Positions 58,805 to 64,000 of a stretch of 64,000 nt of DNA are shown here, in pieces. The stretch covers positions 124,082-188,081 of the forward strand of contig CAYSFB010000001.1 in assembly GCA_964430735.1 (NCBI GenBank). Reading direction: 5' to 3'. The translations under genes were made by a program, and so were the position numbers. The DNA comes from an uncultured Planctomycetia bacterium (GTDB lineage Bacteria; Omnitrophota; Gorgyraeia; 2-02-FULL-51-18; JAGOUK01). The notes beneath the pieces were generated by a model, which saw nothing but the letters and a program-made list of their open reading frames with translations, ran no database searches and was not told where the DNA came from. Every line of letters starts with the position of its first letter. Positions within the stretch are counted from its first letter, which is position 1.

Positions 58805-60576
58805 TTTTTCATCTTCCCGTCTTTAAAAAATTCGAGCGGCGTCTTGCCCTGCATCGACCGTTTGAGCTCCTGGCGGGCATAGGCGATCACGTCTTTGCCC
58901 ATCGAGAATTTGAGCGCTTCCTTGGCGATGCGCTGCGCATTCTGGTACTTGATCGAGCGGATGATAAGCTTGATTTCGGGCAGCATCACCGCCGACACGG
59001 ACAGCTCGTCCAGCCCGAGTCCGATCAGGATCATCGTAAGCTCCGGATCGCCCGCCATCTCGCCGCACATGCAGACCTTCACCTTGTGCTGATGCCCGGC
59101 GTCGACGATCATCTTGACCAGCCGCAGCACAGCCGGATGGGCCGGGTCATAGAGGTAGGCGATTTTTTCGTTCACGCGGTCGGCCGCGAGCGAGTACTGA
59201 ATCAGATCGTTCGTGCCGATGGAGAAAAAGTTCACTTCCTTGGCCAGAAGGTCGCAGGTCACCGCCGCCGACGGGATTTCGATCATCGCTCCGACTTCCA
59301 TCTTGGGATCGTAAGCGATCCCCTTCTTGTCGAGTTCGCGGCGGCACTGCTCGAGCATCGCGTTGGCCGCCATCAATTCCTCGAGACCCGAGATGAGCGG
59401 ATACATGATCCGGACCTTGCCGAACGCGCTCGCGCGCAGGATGGCCCGCAGCTGGGCCTTGAAGATTTCGGGCATCGCGAGACAGAACCGGATCGCGCGC
59501 CAGCCCAAAAACGGGTTCATTTCGCGCGGCATTTCCAGATGGGACAGGAATTTGTCGCCGCCCAGGTCGAGCGTGCGCAGCGTCACCGGCATCGGACTCA
59601 TCGCCGAAACGACCTGTTTGTAGGACTCGAACTGCTCTTCTTCGGTCGGCAGCGTTCGGCGGTTCAGATAGAGGTATTCGGTGCGATACAGGCCGATTCC
59701 CGCGGCGCCGTGCGAACGGATGGATTCGATCTCTTCGGGCAGCTCCATGTTGGCCAGCAGCGCAATGGAACGCTTGTCGAGCGTGACCGCCGGAGCGCTC
59801 GTAAACTGCAGCAGATCGCGGCCGTGTTGGAGGTATTTTTCGCGCTCGGCTTCGTACAGCTCGCGGGTGGCGGGGTCGGGGTTGATGATGACCTTTCCGC
59901 CCGTGCCGTCGATGATGACCTCGTCCCCGTCCTTGACGGCCTGCGTGATCTTCTCGAGACCCACGACGGCCGGCACTTCGAGCGACTTGGCCATGATGGC
60001 CGTGTGCGAGGTGCGTCCGCCGATGTCGGTCGCGAAGCCGATCACGTTCTTCTTGTGCATGGTCGCGGTGTCGCTGGGCGAAAGATCGTATGCGATCACG
60101 ATGACCTTGTCGGCAATGCGGTCCAGGCGGCCGGTCTGCTCGCCCATCAAATTCTTGAGGATGCGGCGGCTCACGTCGTTGACGTCGGCGACCCGCTCGC
60201 GCAGGTACTCGTCGTTCACGTTCGAAAGGGCGGAGGTGTATTTTTTGAGCGCCTGGGAGAAGACGTACTCGACCGACACCTGCTGGCTCTTGAGGCCGCC
60301 GATGACTTCTTCGATCAACGTGCGGTCTTCAATGAGCATGAGATGCGCGTCAAAGATCTCCGCGTGCTCGCGGCCGAGCTCCTGGGTGATCTGGTGCTGG
60401 ATCTTGAGGATTTGGGAGCGGGTCTTGGTCAGGGCTTCTTCGAAGCGGAGAATTTCTGCCGCGATCTGATCGGCGGTGATGGGGGTCGCCGGAACCGAGA
60501 GATCCTCGTGGTCCAGCAGCATGGCCCGTCCGATCGCGATGCCGCCGGCGGCGGCGATACCGGCCAGGATCTTCAT
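58801..60576 (-). CDS. ptsI: Phosphoenolpyruvate-protein phosphotransferase (PTS enzyme I)
   Basis: 591 aa. Phospho-His region GGRTSHTAI and a PEP-utilizing TIM barrel (NDLIQY). ATGA overlap with the HPr gene. Confidence 0.88.
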   Translation of the reverse strand: MKILAGIAAAGGIAIGRAMLLDHEDLSVPATPITADQIAAEILRFEEALTKTRSQILKIQHQITQELGREHAEIFDAHLMLIEDRTLIEEVIGGLKSQQVSVEYVFSQALKKYTSALSNVNDEYLRERVADVNDVSRRILKNLMGEQTGRLDRIADKVIVIAYDLSPSDTATMHKKNVIGFATDIGGRTSHTAIMAKSLEVPAVVGLEKITQAVKDGDEVIIDGTGGKVIINPDPATRELYEAEREKYLQHGRDLLQFTSAPAVTLDKRSIALLANMELPEEIESIRSHGAAGIGLYRTEYLYLNRRTLPTEEEQFESYKQVVSAMSPMPVTLRTLDLGGDKFLSHLEMPREMNPFLGWRAIRFCLAMPEIFKAQLRAILRASAFGKVRIMYPLISGLEELMAANAMLEQCRRELDKKGIAYDPKMEVGAMIEIPSAAVTCDLLAKEVNFFSIGTNDLIQYSLAADRVNEKIAYLYDPAHPAVLRLVKMIVDAGHQHKVKVCMCGEMAGDPELTMILIGLGLDELSVSAVMLPEIKLIIRSIKYQNAQRIAKEALKFSMGKDVIAYARQELKRSMQGKTPLEFFKDGKMKK

Positions 60577-60866
60577 GCGCCGGCCGGCCTCTCGGGCTTG
60601 TCGGACTCCGCGCCGCTGACCAGAAAAGCTTCCAGCTCCGCCAAGGCACGCTCCGCGTCTTTGCCGGTCGCGGCAATCTCAATCTCGGACCCTTGCTCGG
60701 CGGCGAGCATCAGAAGACCCATGATGGACTTGGCGTTGACCGTCTGACCTTCCTTGGTCACGGCGATCTCCGACTCAAACTTGTTGGCGATCTTCACAAA
60801 AATAGACGCCGGCCGGGCATGCAGGCCCTGCGGGTTGGCGACTTTGACTTTTTTGCTGATCGTCAT
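60573..60866 (-). CDS. ptsH: Phosphocarrier protein HPr (NPr-like)
   Basis: 97 aa. His15 region NPQGLHARPAS. Confidence 0.85.
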   Translation of the reverse strand: MTISKKVKVANPQGLHARPASIFVKIANKFESEIAVTKEGQTVNAKSIMGLLMLAAEQGSEIEIAATGKDAERALAELEAFLVSGAESDKPERPAGA

Positions 60867-62086
60867 GAAGGCTTCTTCTGGGCGATTTCGGTGATGATTT
60901 TGGACAGGCGCCGGGCGTTGTGGCGGACCACATCGACCCCGCGGACCATGTCGGCTTCGATCACCTTGTATCCAAGCGCGCGTATTTTTTCCGTCTCGCC
61001 CCTGAGCGGATAAGCGCCTTCTTTAATATATCGTTCGGTCAGCGCCTGAGGCACGCGGCCGTTGTTCACGACCACATGCGTCAGCACTTCGGGCTGCGTG
61101 TTCCTGACCAGCGCCTCGACGTGGTCGAAGTCGGAGGTCAGATGACTCGTCTCATTCGGCTGCGTCATGATGTTGCAGACATAAATCTTCGGAGCCCGGG
61201 ACGCCGTGATTTCGGCCAGAAGGTTCTCGATCAAAAGGTTCGGCAGCACACTCGTGTACAGCGATCCCGGCCCCAGCACGATCACGTCGGCGTTGCGGAC
61301 CGCCTGGATCGCGTCATCCGCCGCCGGCACCCCCTCCGGCTTCAAAAAAATCCTCTCGACCGGGGACCCGCAGGCCGAAATCTTGGTCTCCCCGTCCGTG
61401 ACGCGTCCGTCCGCATGATGCGCCGTCAGCGTCACCGCCGACAGCGTGGACGGAACCACACGGCCCCGGATGTTCAGGATGCGGCTCGACTCGCGCACGG
61501 CCTTCTCAAAGTCGCCGGTGATCTTGGCCATCGCCAATATAAAGAGGTTGCCGAAGCTGTGGCCCGAAAGGTCCGAAGCCCCCTCCTTGAACCGGAACTG
61601 GAATAATTCCTGCATCATCGGTTCCGCGTCGGCCAAGGCGACCAGGCAATTGCGGATGTCGCCGGGCGGAAGTACGCCGAATTGGTCGCGGAGGCGGCCG
61701 GACGATCCCCCATCGTCCGTGACGGTCACGATCGCCGTGATATTGGAAGTGCGCTCCTTCAAGCCGTGCAGGAGCACCGAAAGACCCGTTCCGCCGCCGA
61801 TCGCCACCACGCGCGGACCGCTGGCAAGAACGCCGCGGTGGTACATGATGTTGATCAGCTGGCCCTCCTGATTCGGGGCCAGAAATGTGATGACGGACTT
61901 CAGAATTTTGCGGACGGAGACGACGACGACAAAAATACCGGCTACGACAAAAAGGCTGCCGACCGTCTCCTGCTGTTCAATGAGGGTGACGACGAAGCCC
62001 ATCGAAACGAGAACGACGCCGGCGGCAAGCAGAAAGACCCAGCGCTTGATCCGCAGACCCGGGTACAGCCACTTATAAAAACCCAT
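60863..62086 (-). CDS. YvcK/CofD-family gluconeogenesis factor homolog with an unusual N-terminal transmembrane extension
   Basis: 407 aa. About 70 N-terminal residues contain two hydrophobic helices. The YvcK core follows (VVAIGGGTGLSVLL...GPGSLYTS). An alternative internal start, MYHRGV, would remove the TM part. Confidence 0.7.
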   Translation of the reverse strand: MGFYKWLYPGLRIKRWVFLLAAGVVLVSMGFVVTLIEQQETVGSLFVVAGIFVVVVSVRKILKSVITFLAPNQEGQLINIMYHRGVLASGPRVVAIGGGTGLSVLLHGLKERTSNITAIVTVTDDGGSSGRLRDQFGVLPPGDIRNCLVALADAEPMMQELFQFRFKEGASDLSGHSFGNLFILAMAKITGDFEKAVRESSRILNIRGRVVPSTLSAVTLTAHHADGRVTDGETKISACGSPVERIFLKPEGVPAADDAIQAVRNADVIVLGPGSLYTSVLPNLLIENLLAEITASRAPKIYVCNIMTQPNETSHLTSDFDHVEALVRNTQPEVLTHVVVNNGRVPQALTERYIKEGAYPLRGETEKIRALGYKVIEADMVRGVDVVRHNARRLSKIITEIAQKKPS

Positions 62087-62107
62087 TACAAGCGCGCCCC
62101 AGAAGCG

Positions 62108-62572
62108 TTAAGGCTTCTTGGCGTCCTCTTCCTTGATCGCCTTGTAAATTTTTTTCTCGTCGGTGAGCGTTCGGAGGTAATCCCGGAAGTACTTGTCTTT
62201 GAGGAGGCGGGAAATGCGTGCGAGAGCTTTGAGATGAGGACCGGCGGAATCCTCGGGGGCGATCAGACAGAAGAAGAGATGGACCGGTTCGCCGTCCAAG
62301 GAGTCGAAGTCGATGCCTTTCCGGGAGATTCCGAACGCGGCGACGAGGCGCTTGGCGGCGTCGCACTTGCCGTGAGGGATACCAACGCCGAGACCGATGC
62401 CGGTACTGCCGAGCGACTCGCGGGCCATCAGAACCTTGACGATTTCGTCGCGGTTCTTGAGCCCTTCGGCCTTTGCCAGAATGTCGATCATCTCGCGGAT
62501 TGCGCTCTCTTTATCCGAGGCTTTGAGCTCCGCCGATATGGCGGTCTCGCTCAAGAATTCCACGATTTTCAT
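62108..62572 (-). CDS. ptsN: PTS EIIA-Ntr (nitrogen regulatory IIA, PtsN)
   Basis: 154 aa. Phosphorylation site His in GIGLGVGIPHGK. Confidence 0.82.
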   Translation of the reverse strand: MKIVEFLSETAISAELKASDKESAIREMIDILAKAEGLKNRDEIVKVLMARESLGSTGIGLGVGIPHGKCDAAKRLVAAFGISRKGIDFDSLDGEPVHLFFCLIAPEDSAGPHLKALARISRLLKDKYFRDYLRTLTDEKKIYKAIKEEDAKKP

Positions 62573-62594
62573 CTGGACGGTTGCTCCTAGCTAG

Positions 62595-62679
<85 letters not shown>

Positions 62680-62687
62680 AAAATCTT

Positions 62688-62769
62688 TTCGAGAAACTGC
62701 CGCGGGGGGGACTTGAACCCCCAATCCTTGCGGAACATGATCCTAAGTCATGCGCGTCTGCCAATTTCG
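62688..62769 (-). tRNA. tRNA-Leu (anticodon TAG)
   Basis: 82 nt on the minus strand with a long variable arm: GCCGCGGTGGCGAAATTGGCAGACGC...loop CTTAGGA...GGTTCAAGTCCCCCCCGCGGCA. CCA is not encoded. Confidence 0.82.
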
Positions 62770-62790
62770 CCACCGCGGCTGAATCGTCGG

Positions 62791-62866
<76 letters not shown>

Positions 62867-62950
62867 CTATCGGCGCAAAAACAGGTAGCTGAAAACGAGG
62901 CCATATTCTAACACAAAACGATTTTGTGACAATCTCTATATATCCGGGCG

Positions 62951-63829
62951 CTAGGAGAGCAAAAAACGGACCGTCCCCTGCTCCATCTGGGCCGCACCGA
63001 TTCTCAGCGCTTTTTCGGCGGCGGCGGACCAGGAGGAGGCGTTCTCCATCGCCCGGATCCAGGCGAGGATCTGGGCCGGACGGTAACGGCTGCGCAGGTA
63101 CCGGACGACCGCGAACGCCTCCTGGTAGGCCAGCCCGGTGGCGGCCGCGTCCTGGGACCGGGCATCCATCCGGGCATCCAATTCCATGAGCGGCCACAAC
63201 AGCCGTTCGCCTTTCACGAGCGCCGAAGGATCCGGCCGGCGGAGCGGGCTGACCCGCTCTTCCTGTTCGACGGCGAATCCCTCGTGGATCCAGGCGGGAC
63301 ATTTGCCGCCGCTGGCCAGCCAGAGGAGCGCGTGCGTGTACTCGTGATTGAGAACCGCCTTGAGCCGGAGCGGGTCGGCGCCGCCGGCCGCGACCGGCAG
63401 GTGGATGGTCCCGTCAAAAAGTCCGGTCACGTGCCCTGGCGTCCCGCTGTAGGAACGAAAAACCGATTCCTCGACCAGCATCACGTCGAATTTGTGTTTG
63501 GGAAAAAAGTTTCCGAATTCCCGGCCGACTTCGCGCCGGACGCTCTGGAGATTCCGCCGGACGGCGTCCAGATCCTCCGTCAAAAGTTCACGCTGCGACC
63601 AAAGCGTAAAATGCTCGAGGTCCGTGCGCCGAAGTCTCTCCCCCGTGTCCGGCACGGCGGCCCAAGCGGCTGCGCACCAGCCGCCGAACAGGACGGCGGC
63701 CAGCAAAACGGCGGCCTTTTTCAAGGGAGCAGGCCCCGGCGCTTCCATTCCTCGAGGATGGCGCGGACGTCGCGGTCGGCGGACCGGCCCGCCTGCAGCG
63801 CGATAAAAATCAGAATCGAGAACTGCCAT
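62951..63829 (-). CDS. Secreted zinc metallopeptidase-like protein (HExxH, peptidase MA superfamily)
   Basis: 292 aa (shorter if it starts at MEAPGP). Signal peptide. HExxH motif NHEYTHALLW with a downstream IHEGFA that could supply the third zinc ligand. Confidence 0.55.
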   Translation of the reverse strand: MAVLDSDFYRAAGGPVRRPRRPRHPRGMEAPGPAPLKKAAVLLAAVLFGGWCAAAWAAVPDTGERLRRTDLEHFTLWSQRELLTEDLDAVRRNLQSVRREVGREFGNFFPKHKFDVMLVEESVFRSYSGTPGHVTGLFDGTIHLPVAAGGADPLRLKAVLNHEYTHALLWLASGGKCPAWIHEGFAVEQEERVSPLRRPDPSALVKGERLLWPLMELDARMDARSQDAAATGLAYQEAFAVVRYLRSRYRPAQILAWIRAMENASSWSAAAEKALRIGAAQMEQGTVRFLLS

Positions 63830-63993
63830 GCTTCGGGCGCGCCCGCCAGGAGCGTCGTGACCGTGTCTTCGGCGCGCGCGAGGCGTTCGGCGTAAAGGCT
63901 GCGGGCTTTTTCGAGCTTCCCTTCATAAACGTCGACCTGCATCGCCGAATTGGCAAGCTTGAGATTGGGCAGCTGGATGCCGCGCACGAGCAA
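63721..63993 (-). CDS. Hypothetical protein, 3' fragment (5' end beyond the window)
   Basis: An open frame of 90 codons runs off the window end. I recognise no motif. It overlaps the start region of the peptidase gene. Confidence 0.3.
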   Translation of the reverse strand: MLVRGIQLPNLKLANSAMQVDVYEGKLEKARSLYAERLARAEDTVTTLLAGAPEAWQFSILIFIALQAGRSADRDVRAILEEWKRRGLLP

Positions 63994-64000
63994 AAAATTG

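Overview
This is a high-GC (about 65%) bacterial chromosomal segment from a diderm organism (lptD, lptF/lptG and mlaFED are present). Gene density is very high and almost every gene lies on the minus strand from 1 to about 50.5 kb. All protein family calls below come from reading motifs in the six-frame translations, not from database searches.

Main contents:
- Positions 1-17.7 kb: one very long, translationally coupled nucleotide-sugar/glycan gene array. It includes rmlA/B/D, three NDP-sugar 6-dehydrogenases, a UDP-xylose synthase, a WbpA/WbpB-like pair, a TylC3-like sugar C-methyltransferase and GT2 enzymes, with lptD and a ROK sugar kinase embedded in it.
- 17.8-24.4 kb: a c-di-GMP module of two tandem membrane GAF-GGDEF cyclases and a REC-GGDEF(degenerate)-EAL phosphodiesterase, with an orphan MalK-type ABC ATPase and accD nearby; a PilZ receptor sits at about 50.1-50.5 kb.
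- 24.5-29.8 kb: an RsbW-like kinase, a phosphorylatable STAS protein, mlaE-mlaF-mlaD and a CHASE2-PP2C phosphatase in one co-directional block. This looks like a partner-switching module fused to the Mla lipid-transport system and is the most interesting candidate system in the window.
- Housekeeping and envelope genes: accA, an L,D-transpeptidase, miaA/miaB, a DegT aminotransferase, a Cas4-like nuclease, a glutaredoxin, a secreted glycoside hydrolase, an autotransporter, a TMTC-like TPR/GT-C membrane protein, serS, a ferredoxin, ygfZ, nth, comF, lptF/lptG, ahcY-metK, and a nitrogen-PTS cluster (ptsN-yvcK-hpr-ptsI).
- RNA and structure: four tRNA genes (Ser-CGA, Gly-GCC, Leu-TAG, Lys-CTT). The lptG/ahcY convergent intergenic region carries a striking nested set of inverted repeats that looks like a bidirectional terminator.

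I did not find a CRISPR array, rRNA, or transposase.
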